A stretch of 64,000 nt of DNA from Pseudomonadales bacterium (GTDB lineage: Bacteria > Pseudomonadota > Gammaproteobacteria > Pseudomonadales > UBA7239): assembly GCA_046347205.1 (NCBI GenBank), contig JAXMGN010000001.1, positions 181,226-245,225 of the forward strand. The letters run 5' to 3'. The notes below the pieces were generated by a model. It saw only the letters and a list, made by a program, of their open reading frames with translations. It had not been told where the DNA came from and made no database searches. The stretch's first letter is position 1. Each line of letters opens with the position of its first letter. The position numbers and the translations under genes are program-made. Positions 41,463 through 54,531 of the stretch are shown here, one piece after another.

Positions 41463-41948
41463 CTATGCGGAATTTTTTTCAAGCAACACGATCGCTTGTG
41501 CCGCAATACCTTCTTTGCGCCCAGTAAAACCGAGCTTTTCTGTCGTGGTGGCTTTAACGCTGATTTTATCCAGTGCCACAGCCATCACTTGCGCCACACG
41601 CTGTTGCATCTGCTCACGGTACGGCAGCACTTTTGGTGCCTGCGCAATAATGGTGATGTCGGCATTTCCCAAACACCAGCCTTTCTCTTGGATCAACTGA
41701 TACACCCGTTGTAACAGCGTGCAACTGTCTGCGCCTTTGTATGCGGCATCGGTGTCGGGAAAATGCTGCCCAATATCGCCCAATGCCAATGCACCGAGCA
41801 GCGCATCGCACAATGCGTGCAGCGCCACATCGCCATCGGAGTGTGCAATCAACCCCTGCTCATGCGGTACAGCTACGCCGCACAACATCACATGATTGCC
41901 ATCGCCAAAGCGATGCACATCGTAACCCTGCCCGATACGAAAACTCAT
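41463..41948 (-). CDS. ispF: MECDP synthase
   Basis: [40 protein letters not shown]. Confidence 0.97.
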   Translation of the reverse strand: MSFRIGQGYDVHRFGDGNHVMLCGVAVPHEQGLIAHSDGDVALHALCDALLGALALGDIGQHFPDTDAAYKGADSCTLLQRVYQLIQEKGWCLGNADITIIAQAPKVLPYREQMQQRVAQVMAVALDKISVKATTTEKLGFTGRKEGIAAQAIVLLEKNSA

Positions 41949-42655
41949 GCCTGCTGCTCCTGCTGCAAATAAAACGCAGCTAACGCTAAATCTTCTGAGT
42001 AAGTAATTTTTATATTGCTGCGTGCGCCTTCCACCACTTTTACAACATGACCAGCGGCTTCCATTGCTGATGCTTCATCTGTGATTACCCTTTGTTTATC
42101 ACGCGCAGCTTGCAGCGCAGATAGCAATAAACCAAAACGAAACATCTGCGGCGTTTGCGCCTGCCAAATTGCACGACGATCCAATGTGTTTTGCGCGACA
42201 CCGTCAGCCACTTGTTTCAACGTGTCTGTCGCGGGTACAGCCAAAATACCACCAACCGCATCTTGCGATAGCTCACTCAACAAACGCTGCAATTCTTTCT
42301 CAGCCAAACAAGGGCGTGCTGCATCATGCACCAATACCCAATCATTTTCTGTCGCTACATCTTGCAATGCATGCAAAGCCGCCAACACAGAGTCAGAGCG
42401 CTCATCACCACCCACAACAAAATGCACGCGTACATCTTGCAGCTGTGGCAACAAGGCAGCACGCGTATCTTCAGAGTGAATCGCAATCACTAACTGTTGC
42501 AAGTTTTTTAATCGCAATAGTCTTGCGGCACTGTGTTCAAGCACCGTAGACGATAACAGCGGCATATACTGTTTGGCTTCTTGCGTGGAAAAACGGCTGC
42601 CCGTTCCCGCCGCAGGAATCACAGCAAAAAAACGCGGCTCAACGCGGCTTGTCAT
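41945..42655 (-). CDS. ispD: MEP cytidylyltransferase
   Basis: IPAAGTGSR...[32 protein letters not shown]. Confidence 0.95.
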   Translation of the reverse strand: MTSRVEPRFFAVIPAAGTGSRFSTQEAKQYMPLLSSTVLEHSAARLLRLKNLQQLVIAIHSEDTRAALLPQLQDVRVHFVVGGDERSDSVLAALHALQDVATENDWVLVHDAARPCLAEKELQRLLSELSQDAVGGILAVPATDTLKQVADGVAQNTLDRRAIWQAQTPQMFRFGLLLSALQAARDKQRVITDEASAMEAAGHVVKVVEGARSNIKITYSEDLALAAFYLQQEQQA

Positions 42656-42938
42656 TCTTAGTTTTTTCCTGCTCGTCAACAATCAACACAAAGGTTTCAT
42701 CTTTGCGAATCATGCCCATGTCGCGGCGTGCACGATCTTCTACGCTGCTGCCCGTTTTCAGCGCCTCAATTTCCGCTGCCAACGCTTGATTGCGAGAACG
42801 CAAATGGTTGTTTTCCATTTGTTGCTGAGCAATATCACGCTTCAATTCTGCAATTTGCGCCAAGCTGCCTTCGCCCACCCACAAGCGGTATTGCAGGAAG
42901 CCCAGCAGCAACACTAAAACCAAAATGACCCACTTCAT
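42639..42938 (-). CDS. ftsB: Cell division protein FtsB
   Basis: TM segment, LQYRLWVGEG, coiled coil, EDRARRDMGMI; lies between eno and ispD. Confidence 0.92.
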   Translation of the reverse strand: MKWVILVLVLLLGFLQYRLWVGEGSLAQIAELKRDIAQQQMENNHLRSRNQALAAEIEALKTGSSVEDRARRDMGMIRKDETFVLIVDEQEKTKNDKPR

Positions 42939-42955
42939 CTAGGGTCACACCGCTC

Positions 42956-44257
<1,302 letters not shown>

Positions 44258-44287
44258 TCAATTTTTGTTTTCAGTTTTTAACTTTGC

Positions 44288-46832
<2,545 letters not shown>

Positions 46833-46957
46833 CTATGTAATGTTCAATTGTTTTGACTGGGGGCTGCGCGATAAAGAGAAAAACAACGGCACAAACCGCC
46901 CCAAAGACGGGATGTCAGCCTACCAGAAAGGGGCTTTTCAGACAATGAACGCCCAGC

Positions 46958-48040
46958 TCACGGGCGGTGTTCGCGCGCCAGATACTCGTGCGATTGCATC
47001 TCCAGCAAACGGCTCTGCGTGCGCTGAAACTCAAAGGTGAGGCGACCGCCGCTGTAGAGCGACTCCAGCGGTTTTTCGGCGGAAATAACCAGCTTTACAT
47101 TGCGGTCGTAGAACTCGTCCACCAAGTTGATGAAGCGGCGCACTTGATCGTCGATGCCTTTGTGCAGCGCAGGAATGTTAGACAACAGCACCGTGTGATA
47201 TTCACAGGCCAGCTCGATGTAATCGTTCTGTGAGCGCGGCCCATCGCACAGGGCAGCAAAATCAAACCACGCTACACCATCGGCCACTTTGCGCGCAGTG
47301 ATCGTGCGCCCCTCTACTTCCAGCGCCACATTGTCGCTAGCGGGCACGGGAGTCAACGCAGCAAAACTTTGTGCCAGCGTTGCATCGGCAGAGGCATCGA
47401 GTGGACAGTGGTACAACTCGGCTTGCTCCAACGTGCGCAGACGGTAATCGGTGCCGCCGTCCACATTTAACACATCGACGTGCGCTTTCAACACGGCAAT
47501 CGCGGGTAAAAAGCGTTCGCGCTGCAAGCCGTTTTCATACAGGCGATCCGGTACGATGTTGGAAGTCGCCACCAAACTTACACCGCGTGCAAACAACTTT
47601 TCCATCAAGCTGCCGAGAATCATGGCGTCGGCAATATCGGAGACAAAAAACTCGTCAAAGCACAGTACGCGTGTCTCTTTCGCCAAGCGATCGGCCACGA
47701 TTTCCAACGGGTTTTCTTGCTCCTTCAAGCTGCGAATTTCTTGATGCACGCGCCGCATAAAACGGTGGAAATGCAGGCGCATTTTTTTCTCAAACGGCAG
47801 CGACTCAAAGAAGGTGTCCATCAAATAGGTTTTGCCGCGCCCCACGCCACCCCAAAAATACAAACCGCGACAAGGTTTGTGATGGCGGCGTAACAGCCGA
47901 CTGAACACGCGGTTGTCTTTGCGGCTGGCCATCAGCTCGTCATACAAACGCTGTAAATGTTCCACCGCCATTTTCTGGGCGGCATCAGCGACAAAATCCG
48001 GTCGCAATAAATCCTGTTGATAGCGTTGCAAAGGGGTCAT
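46958..48040 (-). CDS. zapE: Cell division ATPase ZapE (AFG1 family)
   Basis: GLYFWGGVGRGKT, CFDEFFV, TSNIVPDRLY, RRFINLVD, RTQSRLLEMQ. Confidence 0.93.
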   Translation of the reverse strand: MTPLQRYQQDLLRPDFVADAAQKMAVEHLQRLYDELMASRKDNRVFSRLLRRHHKPCRGLYFWGGVGRGKTYLMDTFFESLPFEKKMRLHFHRFMRRVHQEIRSLKEQENPLEIVADRLAKETRVLCFDEFFVSDIADAMILGSLMEKLFARGVSLVATSNIVPDRLYENGLQRERFLPAIAVLKAHVDVLNVDGGTDYRLRTLEQAELYHCPLDASADATLAQSFAALTPVPASDNVALEVEGRTITARKVADGVAWFDFAALCDGPRSQNDYIELACEYHTVLLSNIPALHKGIDDQVRRFINLVDEFYDRNVKLVISAEKPLESLYSGGRLTFEFQRTQSRLLEMQSHEYLAREHRP

Positions 48041-48110
48041 AAATACACAAGCAAAAACCAAAGCGGCGCCACTCTAGCTAGCCATTTTAGGTTTCGCAAT
48101 CAAAAATCGC

Positions 48111-49091
48111 TCAAATACCCAGTTCACGGCGCGGCTGATAAAACTTGCGCAAGCGATCAAATGCCAGCGCGCCATCCACCGGGAATTGCTCACGCAGCGC
48201 AGCATCGTCGGCAAAGATGTCATAGGGTTCAACAACGCCCGCTAACGCCACAGGTGCAACACGCTGCGGCCGCTGCAAAAAATCACACAGGACTGCGTAG
48301 ACCATTTCTGTGCCGCGCAATTTTCCTTCCGCGCTGTAACCGGCGATATGCGGCGTGCCGATAGCCACTTGCGCCAGCAAATCGCCGCTAATCGTCGGCT
48401 CGTTTTCCCACACATCCAGCACTACTTGCAAATCTTGTTGCTGCTCCAAACGCTGCAATAACGCCGCGTTATCAATCACCGCGCCGCGCCCTGCATTCAG
48501 CAGTACCGCGCCCGTTTTTAACTGATTGATGCGCGATTGATTAAACAAATGGATGGTTGGATGCGCGCCCGTTTTCGTGAGCGGTGTGTGCAGGCAAATC
48601 ACATCGCATTGCAGGATGGCTTCCAAATCGACTAAAGGAAAATCCGCATGTGATAAAAATGGATCATTGCCAACTGCGTTCACTTTTTTATTGCGCAAGG
48701 CACGCAACAAGCGTCCACCAACATTACCGCAACCCACTACGCCCACGCGCGCAGTGGTTAAATCAACAGTCAAACCCTGCAGTGCCGACCACACATACTC
48801 CACCACAGCTTGTGCATTGCAGCCGGGTGCAAAAGCAAAATAAATCCCTACTTCTGCTAAATAATTTTGATCGACATGATCCGTGCCTATTGTGCAACTA
48901 CCAACAAATTTCACTGCGCTGCCTGCCAGCAAAGCGCGGTTGACCTGTGTCACCGAACGCACCAGCAACACATCGGCATCACGCACATCTGCCGCTGTTA
49001 TGCTGCGGCCCGCCATCAACACCAGATCACCCAACTCAGCAAAAAAATGTTTGGCGTAGGCAATGTTTTCATCTGCAACAATTTTCATCAC
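48111..49091 (-). CDS. pdxB: 4-phosphoerythronate dehydrogenase
   Basis: IVADENI, LLVRSVT, TIGTDH, APGCNA, LDVWENEP, TPHIAGYSAEGKLRGT. Confidence 0.92.
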   Translation of the reverse strand: MMKIVADENIAYAKHFFAELGDLVLMAGRSITAADVRDADVLLVRSVTQVNRALLAGSAVKFVGSCTIGTDHVDQNYLAEVGIYFAFAPGCNAQAVVEYVWSALQGLTVDLTTARVGVVGCGNVGGRLLRALRNKKVNAVGNDPFLSHADFPLVDLEAILQCDVICLHTPLTKTGAHPTIHLFNQSRINQLKTGAVLLNAGRGAVIDNAALLQRLEQQQDLQVVLDVWENEPTISGDLLAQVAIGTPHIAGYSAEGKLRGTEMVYAVLCDFLQRPQRVAPVALAGVVEPYDIFADDAALREQFPVDGALAFDRLRKFYQPRRELGI

Positions 49092-49097
49092 ATCACC

Positions 49098-49649
49098 CTA
49101 ATAGAATCCATCCAAAGCAGTGCGTGATAAAACCAAATCATGCAACGCGCTCGCACCAGAAAAAGTTACCGCCAATGCTTGATAAAAACTTTGCATACGC
49201 TCATGCACACCGTTGCGTATGTAGTGACACGTCTGTTCGTAGACGCGATCTTTGAATGCGCTGCCATCACCCGCGCCCTCACTCAAATTATCCAAACTCA
49301 CGCGAAAGCGCAGCCCGCACGCCGCGTGCAGCAGCCACTCCAAAGCCTGTGGTTTTACTTCCATTTGCTCAAAAATTTGTTGCTGCACCGCATCGCGACC
49401 ATCGGGCGCATACCAGTAACCCCAGTCTGGCAATAATCGACGCGCTTCACCGGCCACCATCCAGTGCGCCACTTCGTGCAAACTGCTGGAGACAAAATCT
49501 TCGCGATAAAAAATACGATGACGCGCATCTTCATCGTCAGCCGGACGATAAAACGGCTCAGGCGCACCGCCGATCAGCACTGTATTCAGCGGTGCGGCAA
49601 ACAGGGCATTAAACACCTGTTCAATATCAGCAGCGGTTGGAAGGCTCAC
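49098..49649 (-). CDS. epmC: Elongation factor P hydroxylase (start uncertain; ORF extends to 49718)
   Basis: EPFYRP, SSLHEVAHW, DWGYWYAPDGR, FEQMEVKPQALEW, FRVSLDNL. Confidence 0.88.
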   Translation of the reverse strand: MSLPTAADIEQVFNALFAAPLNTVLIGGAPEPFYRPADDEDARHRIFYREDFVSSSLHEVAHWMVAGEARRLLPDWGYWYAPDGRDAVQQQIFEQMEVKPQALEWLLHAACGLRFRVSLDNLSEGAGDGSAFKDRVYEQTCHYIRNGVHERMQSFYQALAVTFSGASALHDLVLSRTALDGFY

Positions 49650-50283
49650 CGGAAACTGTGCTGACAGAACGCTTTTTCTTGTAACGGCGATACGCCATCC
49701 AGAGCGCCAAAAAAACAAATAACGCTGTAAAAATGATGATATTGAACTCCTTGGCTTTTTTTATTGCCAAATCAGAGTTTTCGCCCGCCCACTGCCCGAG
49801 ATAAATCCACAGAGGCACACTCAATATCGCGGCAAGACCGTCCTGTAACAGGAACGTGGCCGGCCTCACATGCAGCACACCAGCGGTCAGATAGATGGGG
49901 GCACGCAAGCCGGGCAAAAATCGTGCAGCGAAACACACCATACGGGCACTGCTCTGGATGCGGCGTTTAGCGGATTCCACGCGCTCGGGCGTAAAAATGC
50001 GGTGAAAGACTGGCCACCCAAATACGCGATTGCCATAGCGCCGTCCGATAAAAAATAGGATGGAATCGCCCATCAAAACGCCAAAATAACTGGTGATGTA
50101 TGCCCCGATAGGAGAAATCTGCCCTGTTCCAGCCAGCACACCAGCGGCGATCAGGATGATGTCTTCGGGAATGGGTAAACCCAGACCACAGGCAAGCAGC
50201 ACACCTAAAATAGTCAGGTAGGCAGGTATTCCGCTGAGTTCGGCAATGTGGTCAAAGAGAGCGAGGAAGTGGGTGTTTTCCAT
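49627..50283 (-). CDS. DedA-family membrane protein
   Basis: GLGLPIPED, GDSILFFIGR, ARFLPGLR. Confidence 0.88.
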   Translation of the reverse strand: MENTHFLALFDHIAELSGIPAYLTILGVLLACGLGLPIPEDIILIAAGVLAGTGQISPIGAYITSYFGVLMGDSILFFIGRRYGNRVFGWPVFHRIFTPERVESAKRRIQSSARMVCFAARFLPGLRAPIYLTAGVLHVRPATFLLQDGLAAILSVPLWIYLGQWAGENSDLAIKKAKEFNIIIFTALFVFLALWMAYRRYKKKRSVSTVSGEPSNRC

Positions 50284-50448
50284 ATTCAAACAACGCGGGT
50301 TTACGACAGGCAGTGGTTTATGCAGCCCCACCACAGCAAGTATTGTGGTTTTCAGCAATAACCAGTAGTGTGAAGGTCAGTGGAGCACAGTTTACAGAGT
50401 TACAGCGGATTAAGCAGTCCCACGCCGCCATTCCACTCGGAGGCAGTC

Positions 50449-51153
50449 ATGAACGAACACGACCGACCTGATACCGGCGCCGCCAGTAACGTCATCGACT
50501 TTCTCGCCCGCAAAGCGCGTCGCCAATCCGCACAGTCCACCTTCATCCGTCTCGCGCCAGAACTGGATGGACTGGAAATGCTCTACAGCAACAGCTCTCA
50601 TCCGGGGAAATATTTTTCCCTGCGCGTCTTGTGTTGGGCGCTGCGTGAAAACGGCGACGTAGTGGGCTTAGTGCCGTGGATGAAAGGCATCGTGCCCTGC
50701 CCTGAAATTGAAGATCCGCTGGAAGGACATTTCGAGGGCTATTACGACCCAGGCATTGACGAGATTTTTTTTGATGCGCCCGAACACAAAATTATTGAAC
50801 TGGAAACCAGCGCCAGCTATTACCAATTTCACTGCCAACACGAGCGCGAAGTGGTGCAAGAAATTCCCGACAACATCGGCACACACGCTGTACTCGCCTC
50901 ACAACAACCCAACACGTTACTGCTCACCGAAGTGATCAGTTGGCAGTTGCAATGCAATGGCGAAATTCACGCGATGTTGGTGGATGGCAGCAAACCGTAT
51001 CAAACACCTGTCTTACCTGGCGCTGACAACTTGTACAGCGCGCAAGAAAGCCCAGACTTTCGCTATTTCTTTCAGCACGCCATCGCCAGCAAACTGAAAG
51101 AACAAGACCCAGAAGCGCTGGCCGCCATTGCCGCACTGGTGGACGAAAGCTGA
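50449..51153 (+). CDS. Conserved hypothetical protein
   Basis: GGAGG SD before ATG 50449; host-like coding sequence (IRLAPELDGLEMLYSN); no recognised domain. Confidence 0.75.
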   Translation: MNEHDRPDTGAASNVIDFLARKARRQSAQSTFIRLAPELDGLEMLYSNSSHPGKYFSLRVLCWALRENGDVVGLVPWMKGIVPCPEIEDPLEGHFEGYYDPGIDEIFFDAPEHKIIELETSASYYQFHCQHEREVVQEIPDNIGTHAVLASQQPNTLLLTEVISWQLQCNGEIHAMLVDGSKPYQTPVLPGADNLYSAQESPDFRYFFQHAIASKLKEQDPEALAAIAALVDES

Positions 51154-51268
51154 TTAGCGCAGTTTGCGAATGTTGCTCTGACTGGGATTATTGTTATCAT
51201 CATTCGCAAAGCCGATTCTGTGCCTTGCGGCATATGCCAGTATTCAAAAAATTTTCGAGGATTCTCTC

Positions 51269-51454
51269 ATGCAAACGGTAAAACAAATGGTGTGTGACAC
51301 CGTTAATCATTTGCCTGAACAAGCAACCTTTGATGATGCAATGTATGCGCTTTATGTGCGTCAGAAGTTGGAACGCTCACTGGAAGCCGCCAAAGAAGGC
51401 AAAATAACCTCGCAAGAAGAGATGGAAAAGCGATATCTGAATCATGCGGATTGA
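51269..51454 (+). CDS. Putative type II antitoxin
   Basis: MQTVKQ...LPEQATFDDAMYALYVRQKLERSLEAAKEGKITSQEE resembles addiction-module antidotes; GAGGA SD; overlaps the toxin start. Confidence 0.7.
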   Translation: MQTVKQMVCDTVNHLPEQATFDDAMYALYVRQKLERSLEAAKEGKITSQEEMEKRYLNHAD

Positions 51455-51539
51455 GTGGTCAGATTTCGCCCGCGATGATTTGGATGATCTCGTAAAGTAC
51501 ATTAACAAGGATTCAGCACTTTATGCACGGCAGCCGTGA
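51444..51539 (+). pseudogene. Truncated RelE/ParE-family toxin (31 aa)
   Basis: MRIEWSDFARDDLDDLVKYINKDSALYARQP* is a typical ParE/RelE N-terminus followed by an early stop. Confidence 0.7.
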
Positions 51540-51645
51540 TCTAACCAACCCCAAACAGAAACCGTGGGAAAATCGTTAAGCAGCCAAAAAACGAACCCTG
51601 CGTTTGGTGATGTTCAATAACATTTTCTTTTAGATTTGTAATTTT

Positions 51646-51786
51646 TCAGAAACGATACTTCACCTGAACACCGTATTCATCGGTAGTATTTTTTGGCTCT
51701 AAGCCTTGGCCAATAGGTACACCATAATTAGCTATGTTGGAAATTTCTGAATCGGAAATTTTCCAGTAATCATAGAAAACACCCAC
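51646..51786 (-). pseudogene. 3' fragment of the IS-interrupted outer-membrane barrel gene
   Basis: VGVFYDYWKISDSE...EPKNTTDEYGVQVKYRF* ends in a beta-signal Phe and joins in frame to the 5' fragment once the IS is removed. Confidence 0.85.
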
Positions 51787-51867
51787 CGTGCAGACCGTGT
51801 CAAAACTAGCAGTCTGCACAGGTAGCAGAGACAATGCCCGCATTGAAAAATGCGGGCATTGTTATTT

Positions 51868-53289
51868 ATGGCTTACATCAAAGGAGAAGCAGTCACGCAA
51901 GGCAGTTTGTTTCCTGTCTCGCTCGACGACCTGATTCCCGCCGATCATCCGGTGCGCGTCATTGCCGCTTATGTCGATAGTCTTGCGCTGGATGCCTTGG
52001 GTTTTTCTAAAGCGGTAACCAAAGCCACAGGGCGACCACCGTACGATCCCGCCGATATGCTGAAGTTGTATGTGTATGGCTATCTGCACCGCGTGCGCTC
52101 ATCGCGCCGACTGGAAGCTGAGTGCCAACGCAACGTGGAAGTGATGTGGCTACTGAGCCGTCTGACACCGGATTTCAAAACCATTGCCGAATTCCGGCGT
52201 TTGAACGGCAAAGCGTTTACAGCCGTGTGCCGCAGCTTTGTGCAGTTTTGTCGGCACGCCGGGCTGATTGCCGGTGAGTTAATCGCCATTGATGGCAGCA
52301 AATTTCAAGCGGCCTCTTCGCGCAAGCAATACACGAGCGCAGCGCGCTTGGCGCAACAGCAAGTGGTGTTGGACAAACAAATTGCCAGCTATCTCACCCA
52401 ATTGGATCACAGTGACAAAGCAGAGGCCGATACGGTTGTTGATCGTTCTGTCGTGCGCGCTGCCTTGCAACAACTGCAAGCCAAACAGGAGGCGGTGACA
52501 GAGCAACACGCGTTTTTGCAGCAGCACGGTTTGACGCAATACATCCATACCGAACCCGATGCGCGCATGATGCGCCATGCCCACGGCAAAATGACGGCCT
52601 ACAATGTGCAAACAGCCGTCGATACACAACACGGCTTGGTGGTGCATCACGATGTCACGCAAGACACCTGTGACAGTCGCCAACTATTGTCCGTGGCGCA
52701 AGCCACGAAAGTGGTTTTGCAGCAGGATGCTCTCACCGTCACGGCGGATGCCGGTTATTCCAACGGCGAGCAATTCCAAGCCTGCGACGATCAGCAGATT
52801 GAAGCCTTTGTGCCACCGCATCGCGCGGTCAACAACCAATCGCAACAGCAACATTTTCAAAAAGAAGCATTCACCTATTGCGCCGATAGCGACAGTTGGC
52901 GCTGCCCCAATCAGCGCACGCTGACGCGTAAGCAAATGAACAAGGGCTCGGTGATTTATGCCGCGAGTGCCAGCGACTGCTCCCGTTGTCCGCTCAAAGC
53001 GCAGTGCACCAGTGCCGCACAGCGCTTTATCAGCCGCCATGCGCACGAAGCTGCTTTTGATCGCATGACAACACGCTTGCAAGCGCGACCAGACATGATG
53101 CGCTGGCGCAGACAGACGGTGGAGCACCCGTTTGGCAACATCAAGCAGTGGATCATGGGCAACGGTCGCTTTTTGTTGTGGGGCTTGCGTGGTGCCAGCA
53201 CCGAAATGGCGTTGGCCGTCACTGCTTACAACTTAAAAAGAGCGATAAATATTCTTGGAGTAACCCGTATGATGGCTTTACTTGCGTAA
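51868..53289 (+). CDS. IS1182-family DDE transposase
   Basis: LDDLIPADHPVR, GRPPYDP, RSSRRLE, PDFKTIAEFR, AIDGSKF, ADAGY, RRQTVEHPFG; reading frame intact. Confidence 0.92.
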   Translation: MAYIKGEAVTQGSLFPVSLDDLIPADHPVRVIAAYVDSLALDALGFSKAVTKATGRPPYDPADMLKLYVYGYLHRVRSSRRLEAECQRNVEVMWLLSRLTPDFKTIAEFRRLNGKAFTAVCRSFVQFCRHAGLIAGELIAIDGSKFQAASSRKQYTSAARLAQQQVVLDKQIASYLTQLDHSDKAEADTVVDRSVVRAALQQLQAKQEAVTEQHAFLQQHGLTQYIHTEPDARMMRHAHGKMTAYNVQTAVDTQHGLVVHHDVTQDTCDSRQLLSVAQATKVVLQQDALTVTADAGYSNGEQFQACDDQQIEAFVPPHRAVNNQSQQQHFQKEAFTYCADSDSWRCPNQRTLTRKQMNKGSVIYAASASDCSRCPLKAQCTSAAQRFISRHAHEAAFDRMTTRLQARPDMMRWRRQTVEHPFGNIKQWIMGNGRFLLWGLRGASTEMALAVTAYNLKRAINILGVTRMMALLA

Positions 53290-53341
53290 AGCATCACTTT
53301 TTTTGAAATCCACTCGCTGTTACACAAAACAAACAGTAAAA

Positions 53342-53371
53342 AAAACGCCCTGAATATATTCAGGGCGTTTT
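53342..53371. terminator. Hairpin terminator inside the IS right end
   Basis: AAAACGCCCTGAAT-AT-ATTCAGGGCGTTTT. Confidence 0.7.
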
Positions 53372-53407
53372 AGTCAGCCGCTAGATCGTGAGTTTTGACA
53401 CGATCTG

Positions 53408-54076
53408 CGACCAATCTTTTCTTTCGTAGGCCAAAGTGGCTCGCAACCCGTAGCCGTGGTTCTGATGGTTTTCCTGATTATTTAGCCCTGGTGCCACATC
53501 AGAAAGATCTGACTGTTGTTGCCCGCGCAGGAAATAATCGTATTCAACACTACTAGAAATGCGAGACTCGCTATCAACTTGAAAGCGATGCGTGAGACCC
53601 ACTGGTAAATACCAGTACTCACTCTCACGCCTATAACCACCTCGTCCCACTTCACCTAACTCGTTGACCAAATTTCTGTAACCAATGCCGATGTAGGGCG
53701 AAAGCAAATAACCATCCAAGGAAAAATCTTTGCCACCAATAGCTCTTACTTCCCAAAGTTTGTCTGGTATGCCGCCGTGAGTGCCTGTGCCTTTGTAATT
53801 CACTTCGCTATAGGAATAGCGAATATCGCCGTTGACATACCAATCATTGCCGAACGCCCAAGTAGCTGCGCCGGTCAGCCCGAGTCGGTTGCCTTTGGTG
53901 TGCATAAAAAAATGTCCATCCTTTTCTTCTTCATACAAGTATCTGGAGAGCTGCGCGCCAACCTCATAACCGCTGCTTGTGTTCAGGGAGATGGCATCAT
54001 CCGCGTGAGCAGGCAGCGTTGTACAAGCTAATACCATGCCACCCAAAAACAGTTTGAACGAGTTGGTTTTTTTCAT
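53408..54076 (-). pseudogene. 5' fragment of an outer-membrane beta-barrel gene disrupted by the IS
   Basis: Signal peptide and alternating aromatic beta-strands; native sequence ends ...ERKDWS and then runs into the IS end. Confidence 0.85.
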
Positions 54077-54182
54077 AAGACACCAGATCTATAGGAATTT
54101 AAGTCCTGCTTTGTAGCATGTGCACTCATCTTGTAGCAAGTATGCCGTGGTCAAGTACGCCTAGCCTGCCCAAGCTGCATGG

Positions 54183-54440
54183 ATGCGAAACGACCGTCAA
54201 ATTGTGGCAAAGGCTTTTGGGCTGGCATTGCGCCAGTCTCGCGAAAACGTGGGCCTTTCGCAGGAAGAATTGGCTCATCTTGCCAATGTAGACCGTACCT
54301 TTGTGTCTCGCGCTGAACGCGGCGTTTGCCAACCAGCATTGGCGACGATCATCATGCTCGCGCAAGCGTTGCAAGTTCCAGCATCAGTGTTGGTTGCCAC
54401 TACAGAACAGATTATCGTCGAAAGGAATGCGATCACCTGA
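54183..54440 (+). CDS. XRE-family HTH regulator
   Basis: FGLALRQSRENVGLSQEELAHLANVDRTFVSRAERG. Confidence 0.88.
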   Translation: MRNDRQIVAKAFGLALRQSRENVGLSQEELAHLANVDRTFVSRAERGVCQPALATIIMLAQALQVPASVLVATTEQIIVERNAIT

Positions 54441-54482
54441 CGCGATTTCGTCTCGTGAGCGAAACTGGTTGTGATAATTAAA

Positions 54483-54526
54483 TAATGCGGGTCAGAGTAG
54501 TGTGAATGTTACTCTGACCCGCATTA
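54483..54526. repeat. Perfect 17-bp inverted repeat (REP-like or bidirectional terminator)
   Basis: TAATGCGGGTCAGAGTA-N10-TACTCTGACCCGCATTA between the convergent XRE gene and argG. Confidence 0.8.
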
Positions 54527-54531
54527 GATCT

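Larger units (their letters stand above)
51791..53407 (+). mobile_element. IS1182-family insertion sequence
   Basis: 17-bp terminal IRs with one mismatch: CAGACCGTGTCAAAACT (51791) and AGTTTTGACACGATCTG (53391-53407); encloses the transposase. Confidence 0.88.

Noticed and set aside
51539-51581. attC-like RYYYAAC...GTTRRRY (ATCTAAC...GTTAAGC; also reads on the minus strand) at the toxin breakpoint
   Set aside because: At 43 bp it is shorter than typical attC sites, it has no convincing L boxes, and there is no integrase or second site in the window.
51646-51843. 65-aa ORF treated as an independent gene
   Set aside because: Its start lies inside the IS end; it is the 3' fragment of the split barrel gene.
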